Shown: positions 10,026 through 18,811 of the stretch, piece by piece | Numbering within the stretch: position 1 is the stretch's first letter | How the letters are laid out: every line of letters starts with the position of its first letter | DNA from: a virus | Lineage: Duplodnaviria > Caudoviricetes | IMG/VR virus record: IMGVR_UViG_3300031993_006627 | Span: 1-64,000 of that record | Length of the DNA stretch: 64,000 nt | Strand: one strand, 5' to 3' | Translations under genes and position numbers: made by a program | The notes under the pieces: model-generated | What the model saw: the letters and a program-made list of their open reading frames with translations, nothing else | Databases searched by the model: none | Told to the model about the DNA's origin: nothing

Positions 10026-10734
10026 GGTCGGCGACATCGTTCTTTACAGGTGGTCCACCGGTCGTTTCCGCATTGCGAAGGATTACACCGTGCTGTCCTC
10101 GCTCCGTATGGAGGTGCTGACATGCACGAAAGATCATATCCTGTTCAGTAGCTGTGCGCCGTGTCTGTTCATCCCGAACGGCCGGCCGCAGGTGCGGTTC
10201 CAGGATCACGATATCCTCAGCATCAGCGATGGACCACGTAAGGGAATGAACATCACGTCTTCTATGCTTAAAGACGGCGAGATGGCCATTGAGGCACGGC
10301 ACTGCACACACCAGGAAGTGGATGAGTTCCATTGCGAGAAATGGCTGGAGAAAAAGGTCATGTCGATGGGACTTAGCCCAGTGTATCCGGTGTCCAGGAT
10401 CATCATGCCGGAGCTGTGCCGAATAAGCAAGAAGATCAACGTACTTAAACCACAGATCACCAATGAGTTAAAGCGCACACTCGGCTGTGCTATGGATGCT
10501 CCGGTTGAGGAGATCAACCAAAAGTTCCAGGCGAACCTGCAGTTGTTCGGGCACAAGTCGGATGACGGCTGGGTTGTCTCGAATGATCATATTGCTTCCG
10601 GCGGCTGTCTTGTAGCGGCCGTGAAGGGGCTTGCAGGCAGCTGTTCCATGGTGCACAAGATGCCGCTTACCATGTTCCAGATCGAGATCGCGAACAGGCA
10701 CTGGGAGATCAGAACGACAAAGGAACACAGATGA
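9976..10734 (+). CDS. Hypothetical protein
   Basis: ORF in operon; start uncertain. Confidence 0.65.
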   Translation: MKPIRVTLHEKLRHLHEVGDIVLYRWSTGRFRIAKDYTVLSSLRMEVLTCTKDHILFSSCAPCLFIPNGRPQVRFQDHDILSISDGPRKGMNITSSMLKDGEMAIEARHCTHQEVDEFHCEKWLEKKVMSMGLSPVYPVSRIIMPELCRISKKINVLKPQITNELKRTLGCAMDAPVEEINQKFQANLQLFGHKSDDGWVVSNDHIASGGCLVAAVKGLAGSCSMVHKMPLTMFQIEIANRHWEIRTTKEHR

Positions 10735-11357
10735 GCTGGACAGATACACTTGAACTGCTGAGTCTGGGAAAGTCCGGCGCCGTGCTGTTCTGTACAGCGA
10801 CTACCGGTCTTCACAGGACGGATAAACTGCTGGCAGTTGCCTATCAGCTGTACAGTGGAGATACCGTGGAGAAGACCGGCACGTTGTTTCTGGATGTGAC
10901 GGACGAGGAGCTCGCTCCAGGTCAGCAGTATCATCAGATTACCCCGGATATCATACGGGCCAATGCGATGAAGCCGGATGCCTTCAAGGAAGCGCTGATG
11001 GAGATCATGACGCAACGTGTGGCGTTCACTTACAACACAGCTTTCCAGTTGAAGGCTCTCATGGTGATGGGTGGCGGCATAATAGATGCACCCCCATGTG
11101 AGGTTTGTGAGTTGCCTCTGTGGGTGAAAGCAGGGGAATCCAAGTTGCACTTCGTGGTTGATCTCCCACTGAGTAAAGCAGAATCCCAGATGGCGAACCG
11201 CATTCCGATTCCCACGTGGAAGAAGATGCTGGAGTATCGTGGAATAGCCGCGAAGCCGCCTCCGGGAATGCTTCCAGTGGTCTATAATGCGGAGTGTCTT
11301 GGGAAGATGTATGAGGCGCTCATCGAGCAGCCACCAAACATCGACTTGGCTTTGTAA
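10731..11357 (+). CDS. DnaQ/DEDDh exonuclease-fold protein, probably inactive
   Basis: FCTATTGL (cf. FDxETTGL), YHQIT (cf. HGIT), TYNTAFQ (cf. HNxxFD): scaffold kept, acidic residues lost. Confidence 0.65.
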   Translation: MSWTDTLELLSLGKSGAVLFCTATTGLHRTDKLLAVAYQLYSGDTVEKTGTLFLDVTDEELAPGQQYHQITPDIIRANAMKPDAFKEALMEIMTQRVAFTYNTAFQLKALMVMGGGIIDAPPCEVCELPLWVKAGESKLHFVVDLPLSKAESQMANRIPIPTWKKMLEYRGIAAKPPPGMLPVVYNAECLGKMYEALIEQPPNIDLAL

Positions 11358-11862
11358 CGACCGGCAGAGGTGCTGTGATCGCAGACAGCATAAGGGAAGC
11401 ACGGTTCATCTGGCGGATGAATGGCTTCCCGTTTTCATCGACGGCAACGATCATGGAAGGGTCGTGCCACGATACAAGAGCGCAGCTGGTGTTTGCGTAC
11501 AGCAGCAAAATTGCATGGCCGTGGAGGCCGCATGGGTCCACGATTGCTGCCGGAATAACGTCTTTCGCGAGACGCCATCTTTCCGGATTCACGGCAAGCA
11601 GGCAGTTGGTCTTCGACTTCTTTGTTTTGCCCGTGATCTCATGCAGGAATGTCATACTGACACCTGCCAGGTAACGGAAGTCCCCGATGTCTTTCTGGGC
11701 TACTTTCGCCACGACAGGCTCTGTCTGAAGAGCCGCCTGTTTCACGACAGCAGTATCCGGGCTCACGGTGATGACGCTTTCAAAGTCGCCAACCGTGATA
11801 CCGGCAGTGATCGTGTTTTCGTAGAGAGAATAACAACTCAGCGATTCCAAAGGAGACCTCAA
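11320..11862 (-). other. Antisense ORF over the putative ncRNA (cryptic gene candidate)
   Basis: 180 open codons. Codon usage is phage-like only between ~11823 and ~11358. No credible 5' start or promoter space. Confidence 0.5.
11358..11848 (+). ncRNA. Putative structured RT-associated ncRNA
   Basis: About 10 consecutive stem-loops, e.g. 11394-11430, 11437-11473, 11502-11550, 11550-11586, 11589-11637, 11643-11668, 11763-11798, directly upstream of the RT RBS. Confidence 0.6.
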
Positions 11863-12839
11863 TGTTTAAGTTCGATGGTGTTCCACCAATCTCGTATCAG
11901 GAATACCATATTCCCAAAAAGAGTAAAGGCGTTCGAATCATCGAAGAGCCCAATGCTCAACTAAAAGCAGTACAGAAGAACATCTTACAATACCTGTATC
12001 AGTGTACCCGTGCCGGGATACTTCCGGTATCTCATCTGGCACACGGATTCATTCCATACAGGGGTTGCATGACAGCGGTGCCGAAGCATTCGCTGAGGTC
12101 GCCGGTGCTGATTGGAGCGGATATCCATGATTTCTTCTTCAATTTCCCACCGGAACCTGTAGCGGAGAATCTGTCATTTGCCACGGATGGTCCCAGGGTT
12201 AACTTCATCATGAAGTGTGCTTTGTGGAGGGGTAACTACCCGAAGGAGCATTTCCCGCAGGGCAGTCCCATCAGTCCGTATCTGACGAATGTAGGGATGT
12301 TCGACGTGGATCGTATGATTGCGTCGTACTGCAAGAAGAACGGCATCTTCTTCACGAGGTATGCCGATGATATGCTGTTCAGCATCATAGACGGTGCGGA
12401 GGATACTCCGGCTGTTCGGCGCATGATGCATGAAGATGAGCCTTTTGCCTCGTTGTTCCACGGCGTAGAGATGATCCTGCAGGATCATCTCGGTCTGGAG
12501 CTTTCGAAGGCGAAGTCACACGTTATGTGGCGGTATTCCACGTGTAAGACACAGGCTCTCGGCATAACGTTCCGCCAAGACAACAAAGGCTACAACGCCA
12601 ACAAACGAAAGAGAAGAAACACACGAGCCCAGCTGTATAACCTGTATCGCAAGGTTCAGGCACAGAATGGGCATTTCGAATATGATGACTGGAAAGAGTG
12701 GCAGAGCGTGAATGGCAGTATGAACTACTGCAATCTCGTTCGCTCTCTGAGCAAGTTCCCGGAAGTAGCGGGGATTGATCCGGTCTTCCAACTTTCCTAC
12801 TACAACGAAATCGAGAGGTGGGCAAATGCTTCCTTATGA
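11862..12839 (+). CDS. Retron-like reverse transcriptase (325 aa)
   Basis: KGVRIIEEP..LKAVQ, AHGF..TAVPKH (region X-like), DIHDFF, PQGSPISPYLTN, RYADD, ALG in place of VTG. RBS AAGGAG. No maturase or endonuclease domain. Confidence 0.92.
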   Translation: MFKFDGVPPISYQEYHIPKKSKGVRIIEEPNAQLKAVQKNILQYLYQCTRAGILPVSHLAHGFIPYRGCMTAVPKHSLRSPVLIGADIHDFFFNFPPEPVAENLSFATDGPRVNFIMKCALWRGNYPKEHFPQGSPISPYLTNVGMFDVDRMIASYCKKNGIFFTRYADDMLFSIIDGAEDTPAVRRMMHEDEPFASLFHGVEMILQDHLGLELSKAKSHVMWRYSTCKTQALGITFRQDNKGYNANKRKRRNTRAQLYNLYRKVQAQNGHFEYDDWKEWQSVNGSMNYCNLVRSLSKFPEVAGIDPVFQLSYYNEIERWANASL

Positions 12840-14850
12840 AGATTTATGCTTGAAGGCGCGGCATGCTGCCGAAGCATACTATGAGAAGGACGATCCCATC
12901 ATGACCGATCAGGAGTACGATGCCCTTATACTCCAGATCGAAGCCATGGAAAAGGCTGATCCGTCTCTACGGCATCCGAACAGCCCAACAAGGAAGGTCG
13001 GAGGGCGTGCGGTCGACGGATTCAAGAAGGTCAAGCACCCGAAGAAAATCCTGTCGCTGAAGAACGCCTACAACGATGCAGATCTGGATGCGTTCTTCAA
13101 GACGGTGACGGGTATCCAGCCGGATACCAAATTTGTCGTGGAGCCGAAGTATGACGGTCTCACGCTGGTCTGCAAGTATGTGGACGGCAAGTTCGTCCAG
13201 GCAGTCACGCGGGGTGACGGCAAGGTCGGCGAGGACGTCACAGAAAACGCCAAGCACATCATCGGGCTTCCCATGCAGTTATCGAACATGGATATGTTGC
13301 AGATCGACTCGCATATTATCTGGGCGCGTGGCGAGGTTCTTATGTTCAAGGCGGACTTTGAGGAGCTGAATAAGCGTCTTGAAGTCAACGGTCAGCCGAA
13401 GATGGCGAATGAACGCAATGCGGCGGCCGGCGCACTTCGTCAAAAGGATCCGGAAGTGACACGTAGCCGTAAACTCCACATTGTGTTCTACGACATGTGG
13501 GAGGACAACGGCGAGTACTACACGGAGGAGTGGGGCATGCTCCAGACTATGCGTGTTCTTGGGTTTGAGAGTGCCTATGATGATACCGAGACGGTTCCGA
13601 TGACAGCTTCGCCTGATGATCCGAATCAACACGATGTCCGGTGGGCAATCAAGGATCTGTATGAGCAGCGTGAGAAGCTCCCGTACAAGATCGACGGTGC
13701 CGTAGTGAAGCTGTGCAACAAGGATCTTCAGGAAGACATGGGCAATGCCGAGAAGTATCCCAAGTGGGCAATCGCGTGGAAGTACGAGCAGCCGCAGTAC
13801 GATACCAAGCTGCTCGGTGTTCAGTGGGAAGTCGGCCGCACCGGTCGGCTCACGCCTGTCGCATGGTTTGAGCCGGTGCTGATCGACGGCACCAGTGTGC
13901 AGTTTGCCACGCTGAACAACCCGGATTACATCGCCGGTCTCGGCGGTCTGCGGGAAGGTGATATCGTGTCCGTCTATAAGGCGGCCGAGATCATTCCGCA
14001 GGTGGACCGGGTCGTGGAACCGAATGAGGACGGCCAGGAATTCACTACACCGGAGAAATGTCCGGACTGCAACAGCAAGCTGGAACGCGATGGCGCCAAC
14101 CTCAAGTGCCCGAACATGTTCTGCCTGGGCAAAATGGCTGCGCAGATGACGTATTTCTGTTCCAAGCCGTGCATGGACATCCAGGGACTCGGTCAGAGCA
14201 TCATCAACGAACTCGTCGAGCGCAACATTGCGTGGTCGATTCCGGATCTCTACCGGCTCAAGGTTGAAGATCTGATGAAGCTCCCGCGCACCACTGAACT
14301 GGTTGCCACGAAGCTCCAAAAGGCGATCCAGGCATCCAAGCAGATGCCGTATGATCGGGTGCTCTGTGCACTTGGTTACAGGCATGTCGGCACAGTTGCG
14401 TCCAGAAGGCTTACGGAGAAGTTCCCGTCGTATGCACAGCTCCTGGTATGTTCCGTGGAGCAGCTCGCTGCGGTTCCTGGAATCGGCAAAGTGAAGGCCA
14501 AGGAGATCTGGGAGGATATCAACAACGAGGAGAACAAGAACATTGTCCGCCAGCTTGCAGGGTTCGGGCTCAAGCTCGAATGTGAGAAACCGGCGACGCA
14601 GCTGGACAATACGCTGCAGGACAAAGGTTTCTGTTTCACGGGCAAGCTGTCCCATCCAAGAGACTGGTACAGATCGTTCGTCAGCAGCCACGGCGGTATG
14701 TTCAAGGAAGCCGTGACCGGCAGCCTGGATTACCTGGTGGCCGGCGAAGGCGGAGGTTCCAAGCGCAGCAAGGCGAAGGCGCTCGGCATTGCAATCATCA
14801 CAGAAGAACAACTCATGGAGATGGCAAATGGTGGAACCAGACCCTCTTGA
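12826..14850 (+). CDS. ligA: NAD-dependent DNA ligase
   Basis: EPKYDG, TRGDG..GEDVT, RGEV, RNAAAG, GRTG, C4 zinc finger, HhH, BRCT. Confidence 0.97.
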   Translation: MLPYEDLCLKARHAAEAYYEKDDPIMTDQEYDALILQIEAMEKADPSLRHPNSPTRKVGGRAVDGFKKVKHPKKILSLKNAYNDADLDAFFKTVTGIQPDTKFVVEPKYDGLTLVCKYVDGKFVQAVTRGDGKVGEDVTENAKHIIGLPMQLSNMDMLQIDSHIIWARGEVLMFKADFEELNKRLEVNGQPKMANERNAAAGALRQKDPEVTRSRKLHIVFYDMWEDNGEYYTEEWGMLQTMRVLGFESAYDDTETVPMTASPDDPNQHDVRWAIKDLYEQREKLPYKIDGAVVKLCNKDLQEDMGNAEKYPKWAIAWKYEQPQYDTKLLGVQWEVGRTGRLTPVAWFEPVLIDGTSVQFATLNNPDYIAGLGGLREGDIVSVYKAAEIIPQVDRVVEPNEDGQEFTTPEKCPDCNSKLERDGANLKCPNMFCLGKMAAQMTYFCSKPCMDIQGLGQSIINELVERNIAWSIPDLYRLKVEDLMKLPRTTELVATKLQKAIQASKQMPYDRVLCALGYRHVGTVASRRLTEKFPSYAQLLVCSVEQLAAVPGIGKVKAKEIWEDINNEENKNIVRQLAGFGLKLECEKPATQLDNTLQDKGFCFTGKLSHPRDWYRSFVSSHGGMFKEAVTGSLDYLVAGEGGGSKRSKAKALGIAIITEEQLMEMANGGTRPS

Positions 14851-15790
14851 TCTTGACACGCTGTCGCCCGTGAATGACGCCATCATCGTTGACAGAACCG
14901 AGGACATGTTCCTGCAGCATGGAGGCTGCGCAACCAGGCTTGTTTTTGAGGAAGTCGAAGAGATGTCTGTGTCGGAGTTCCTGGATGAATTGCCGCTGCA
15001 TCCGCACCTGCCGGACAAGGAACTGGACTTCATACGCAGTCCATCGACGCAGACGGCTATGCTGCTCAGAGGCGACAAAGTCATCCGTTACAAAGGCTGC
15101 CAGTTCCAGGACGTCCTTGTAGACGGCATGATCAAGTTACTGACGGAGAAGGAAGCGACGATGACGTATACACCGATGTCCCAGTATCCTCTGGTGCATG
15201 CCTGCATTCAGGGCGGGGAGCGGTGGATCACGGTGCAGATTCCCAAGCGTATCGTGCATATCTTCGGGGATGAATACCTCGGTGATATTGATGATGATGT
15301 CACGATGCCTCCGTTGTGGTTCTGCTGCAAGATGACGTCGACGTTCACAGTCACCAGTGGCTGGGTCGCGGTGGTCGGTCGATTGGATCCGGACCCGACA
15401 AAGTGTGAACTCCGTAAGTTGTGCTTCCCGAATACATACGATGATGCGCATATTTGCTTCGGTTCGACCAGAACAGATGCGGTCAAGTATGACAAGATGA
15501 CGGAAGGTCTTGCGGTGGCCAGTACGATTGACCGGTTCTTCAACAGCACCAGGAACAATCACTGTCTGCATTATCATGCGGATTTCCTCCAGACTTGTCG
15601 TAGCATCTATAACGACATGCCGAAGGAGAAGCAGTATGAGAAAGCAATCTCCAAAGTCGCCAATGACTGTACCACAGCCAACTTTCTGCGGTATCTGCGG
15701 ATTCTGCATGAACCGGATGGCTGGATGCGCATTGCGCTTCCGAGATTGTCAAGCAAGGCAGTTTCCGACAACTTCCTGCATGGAGCCTGA
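14828..15790 (+). CDS. Prokaryotic E2-like (Prok-E2 family D-like) protein
   Basis: PPLWF..FPNTYDDAHICFG motif; neighbours JAB and ThiF genes. Confidence 0.72.
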   Translation: MVEPDPLDLDTLSPVNDAIIVDRTEDMFLQHGGCATRLVFEEVEEMSVSEFLDELPLHPHLPDKELDFIRSPSTQTAMLLRGDKVIRYKGCQFQDVLVDGMIKLLTEKEATMTYTPMSQYPLVHACIQGGERWITVQIPKRIVHIFGDEYLGDIDDDVTMPPLWFCCKMTSTFTVTSGWVAVVGRLDPDPTKCELRKLCFPNTYDDAHICFGSTRTDAVKYDKMTEGLAVASTIDRFFNSTRNNHCLHYHADFLQTCRSIYNDMPKEKQYEKAISKVANDCTTANFLRYLRILHEPDGWMRIALPRLSSKAVSDNFLHGA

Positions 15791-16068
15791 TGATGCTTCA
15801 CGTTTATGAAAGAAAACCGAAAGTCCGGCGTAAGCCGACCAAGATGCCGACACATGTCATCCAGGTGGCTGCTCCGCCGTTCATGCTGCAACCATCCAAG
15901 GATTATCTCCTGTTGCGTGGCGCGTTCTTTGCCTGCCTTGAGCAGACGAAGAAGATGCGTCTGGACAGGGATATTGACAAGCTGATGGAGGAAAAGGTGG
16001 ATACGACTGGACTTCACATTGTAAGAGAGGAGGACCTTGATGGTACCTCAGTTCAAGATTTGTCCTGA
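15790..16068 (+). CDS. Small hypothetical protein in the Ubl module
   Basis: TGATG coupling. Confidence 0.65.
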   Translation: MMLHVYERKPKVRRKPTKMPTHVIQVAAPPFMLQPSKDYLLLRGAFFACLEQTKKMRLDRDIDKLMEEKVDTTGLHIVREEDLDGTSVQDLS

Positions 16069-17515
16069 TGGTGTCTATATCAGATATGACGGCCCCATGA
16101 TCTACGGTTGGGAGAAGATTGAAAAGGCTGATGACCTTATCGGCTATGCAGGCGACCAGCTCTCGACCGAGTCCCCGAAGACGGGTCTTACTTGGCACGG
16201 TGCTAAAATCCCGATGGCTGTTATCGGTCCGGTACTTGGTACTATTCGGGATTTCCCGGACATGGAGACCGGCTACACCCTGTATTACAACAGGCCGGCC
16301 GGGAAATGGACAATCGGCTGCCCTCGTCAGTTCGGTTATCAGAGCGCTGTGTTCTTCGAGAACGACGGTGAGATGCCAGACGGCTACCAGGGCTATTACC
16401 AGATCGGTACGATTCACACACACCCGAATATGGGTGCGTTCTGGTCTGACATGGATCTGAGCACCAATGCAAAGCATTTTGGCCTGCACATGGTGTTCGG
16501 GCTCCGGGAAGGAAAAGTCAAGGAATCGAAGATTACGATTTTCACGCCGCGAGCGCACTATGATGTGCCGTGGCACGATATCTTCGAGGAGGATGTTAAT
16601 TTCCTGGCCGATTATCTACCGGATAATACGGCCTGGAAGGAGCGCATCCTTGAGCAGTTCAAGCCCGACTTCAGGTTGGTTGTGGATGGTAAGACATACG
16701 GACCACATGTGCAGAACAGGGAAGACATGCCAAAACTCTATTCCGAGAAGGAGTTGCAGTTCATGCATGATTCTATTCAGATGGCCGCGAGAGAAGTTGT
16801 GGCTAAGAAGAAGAAGGTAAAGCCCAAGAGTAAATTCCAGAAGCTACTGGTGGAGAAGTATGGCTATGACGCCAATGACTTGGCAGACTGGATCGGAGAT
16901 CAGACGGATTCCGGTTTTGAAGATGCGGAAGAGGTTTGCATCTACGACCAGAACGATAGTGGCTACTGGGGAGATGGCATCATGGCCAGCAACGATATGC
17001 GTTCCTTCCTGGATGACAGCGACACAGCGTTCGGCAGCGAATTTAAGCCGGATATGACGGTTAACGAGAAGATACTGGTTACTGTCCTGTATGAAAGGGT
17101 TACGAGCTGCAAGCTGGTCGAGAAAGCACATGCTGCAGAGGATCTGGATGAATATGATGAAGACCTGAAGGTCATCTTCGAGTACATCCCGGAGGAAACC
17201 CTTCGTATTCTTATCGAGGATTTCCGAGATCAGTTAGATTTCGCATGTGATGCGGGAAATGACGCCTTGTTTGGTGGTCGCTTGCTGACCCCGACGGCTT
17301 TCAGATGGGCTGAGGCAGCTATGCGCAATCCAGGCGTAGACCACACAGGGAGAGACCTTGCAGAGGCGCTCGACAGGTGTGCCGATATGAATGGCTGCTT
17401 GTCGTGGCATGCAATGGCACTGCTACTGGTAGCACTCGAAACGACGCCCATGACATGTATTCATCTCTGGGAGCTTTACCAGAGGATGAAGAAGGAAGGA
17501 CGGCTGGAATGCTGA
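16040..17515 (+). CDS. JAB/JAMM metallopeptidase with long acidic C-terminal extension
   Basis: E(TG)..IHTHPNMGAFWSDMD = HxH-x7-S-x2-D. Confidence 0.88.
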   Translation: MVPQFKICPDGVYIRYDGPMIYGWEKIEKADDLIGYAGDQLSTESPKTGLTWHGAKIPMAVIGPVLGTIRDFPDMETGYTLYYNRPAGKWTIGCPRQFGYQSAVFFENDGEMPDGYQGYYQIGTIHTHPNMGAFWSDMDLSTNAKHFGLHMVFGLREGKVKESKITIFTPRAHYDVPWHDIFEEDVNFLADYLPDNTAWKERILEQFKPDFRLVVDGKTYGPHVQNREDMPKLYSEKELQFMHDSIQMAAREVVAKKKKVKPKSKFQKLLVEKYGYDANDLADWIGDQTDSGFEDAEEVCIYDQNDSGYWGDGIMASNDMRSFLDDSDTAFGSEFKPDMTVNEKILVTVLYERVTSCKLVEKAHAAEDLDEYDEDLKVIFEYIPEETLRILIEDFRDQLDFACDAGNDALFGGRLLTPTAFRWAEAAMRNPGVDHTGRDLAEALDRCADMNGCLSWHAMALLLVALETTPMTCIHLWELYQRMKKEGRLEC

Positions 17516-18408
17516 GTCTGTACGTAATCGGCTGTGGCGGCATTGGCGGCCACTTGCTGAATCATCTGCTGGAGTCTCTGGCAAGCCTTGACCTGGATGT
17601 CATGGCAAAGAATGTCAAAGAGGAGAGGTTCACGGATACCCTTGAGAATTTCGGAAAGGAGGTCGTACCATCCATGATCGACAGGATTGTACTGGTGGAC
17701 GGTGACGAATATTCCCCACGGAATGCTCTCCGGCAGGGACATGCCGCAGGAACAAAACTGGATGTTTGTATGAGTCAGCTGGAACACAGCGCGATTCGCC
17801 GGACATTCTTCAGGCTTACCGACCTTGTAGGCTACCCGATGTACATCAATCCGGGCAATATGGCGAAGATCATACCCAGGAACCCGAAACGGAATCTGGC
17901 CAACGATGGTGGCTGCTTGGCGGATTATCCGAACACGAGGACCAACATGATCAGATCCACATGGCCCGGACCGAGGGATATGCCGGTGATCTTTATCTGT
18001 GTCGACAACATGAAGACAAGATATGAGATCAGCCGGTATGCTGAATCCTTCGATAACATTCTCGTCATCAACGGCGGGAACGAGAAAACGACCGGTCACG
18101 TAACCGTGTACGAAAGACGTGACGGCGTAGCGCTCGATCCCAATCTGCCAGACGTTTACCCCGATGTGACGGCAGATGCTGACCTGAGACCTGACGAGGT
18201 GGACACATGCACGCACATTGCTCCGAAACATGACCAGGTTTCGGATACCAATGAAATGATTGCGCTCTACATGCGTCGGTTCTTCAACCGCTGGCTCATC
18301 CGGGGGCTCAGCAGTTTTGGACCCAAGGGGAAAGACAGGTACAATGACGAACTGATAGATCTGGAGAGCATGACGAACATGCCGGTCTATCACCCACCTA
18401 GAACCTGA
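17509..18408 (+). CDS. ThiF/E1-like activating enzyme
   Basis: VIGCGGIG, LVDGD..RNALRQ, ICVDN..TR, INGGN; candidate catalytic Cys in DTCT. Confidence 0.9.
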   Translation: MLSLYVIGCGGIGGHLLNHLLESLASLDLDVMAKNVKEERFTDTLENFGKEVVPSMIDRIVLVDGDEYSPRNALRQGHAAGTKLDVCMSQLEHSAIRRTFFRLTDLVGYPMYINPGNMAKIIPRNPKRNLANDGGCLADYPNTRTNMIRSTWPGPRDMPVIFICVDNMKTRYEISRYAESFDNILVINGGNEKTTGHVTVYERRDGVALDPNLPDVYPDVTADADLRPDEVDTCTHIAPKHDQVSDTNEMIALYMRRFFNRWLIRGLSSFGPKGKDRYNDELIDLESMTNMPVYHPPRT

Positions 18409-18423
18409 CAAAGGAAACGAAAC

Positions 18424-18789
18424 ATGAGTTTCAATATTACGACAAGCGTGTACTGCCAGCAGGACCGCAACATGAATCTGGATGAAGGGACCACCTGCGA
18501 GACCCTTCGCAACATCCTCTATGCAGCAGGACTTGATACCCACGCTTCCAACGTGCGCGTCTTCCGTGACGGCAAGATCCACATCGGCCGTATGGATGGT
18601 TTCGTGCTCAAGGAAGGCGATCACGTCGAATTCCGCAACAGCTATGACCTGGTGGTCGAGCATGATGTGACCATGAAGAGGGAGCCGAAGAAGACTCCCA
18701 ATCATGACCAGGCTCCGACCGGCTATCCCACCAGGGAACAGATCACTAAGATTTGCAACGCTATTTTCGACCACTTCTGCATCGGCTAA
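18424..18789 (+). CDS. Ubiquitin-like (beta-grasp) domain protein with C-terminal extension
   Basis: VRVFRDG..LKEGDHVEF signature; follows E1. Confidence 0.6.
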   Translation: MSFNITTSVYCQQDRNMNLDEGTTCETLRNILYAAGLDTHASNVRVFRDGKIHIGRMDGFVLKEGDHVEFRNSYDLVVEHDVTMKREPKKTPNHDQAPTGYPTREQITKICNAIFDHFCIG

Positions 18790-18811
18790 TTAACACAAAG
18801 GACAATATACT

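Noticed and set aside
11287-11964. 225-aa plus-strand ORF upstream of the RT
   Set aside because: It is the codon-register shadow of the minus frame, overlaps both neighbours and has a shadow-like H/D/F/R-rich composition.
11358-12839. DGR, group II intron or CRISPR-like array associated with the RT
   Set aside because: I found no TR/VR pair differing at adenines, no Avd, no maturase or domain V, and no regularly spaced repeats in this window. A remote VR cannot be excluded.
13279-15084. Long minus-strand ORFs (also 17476-18774, 25918-27279, 29977-31110, 57103-58083)
   Set aside because: Antisense shadows of well-supported plus-strand genes, expected from the codon bias. The 11320-11862 case differs because no credible plus-strand gene covers it.
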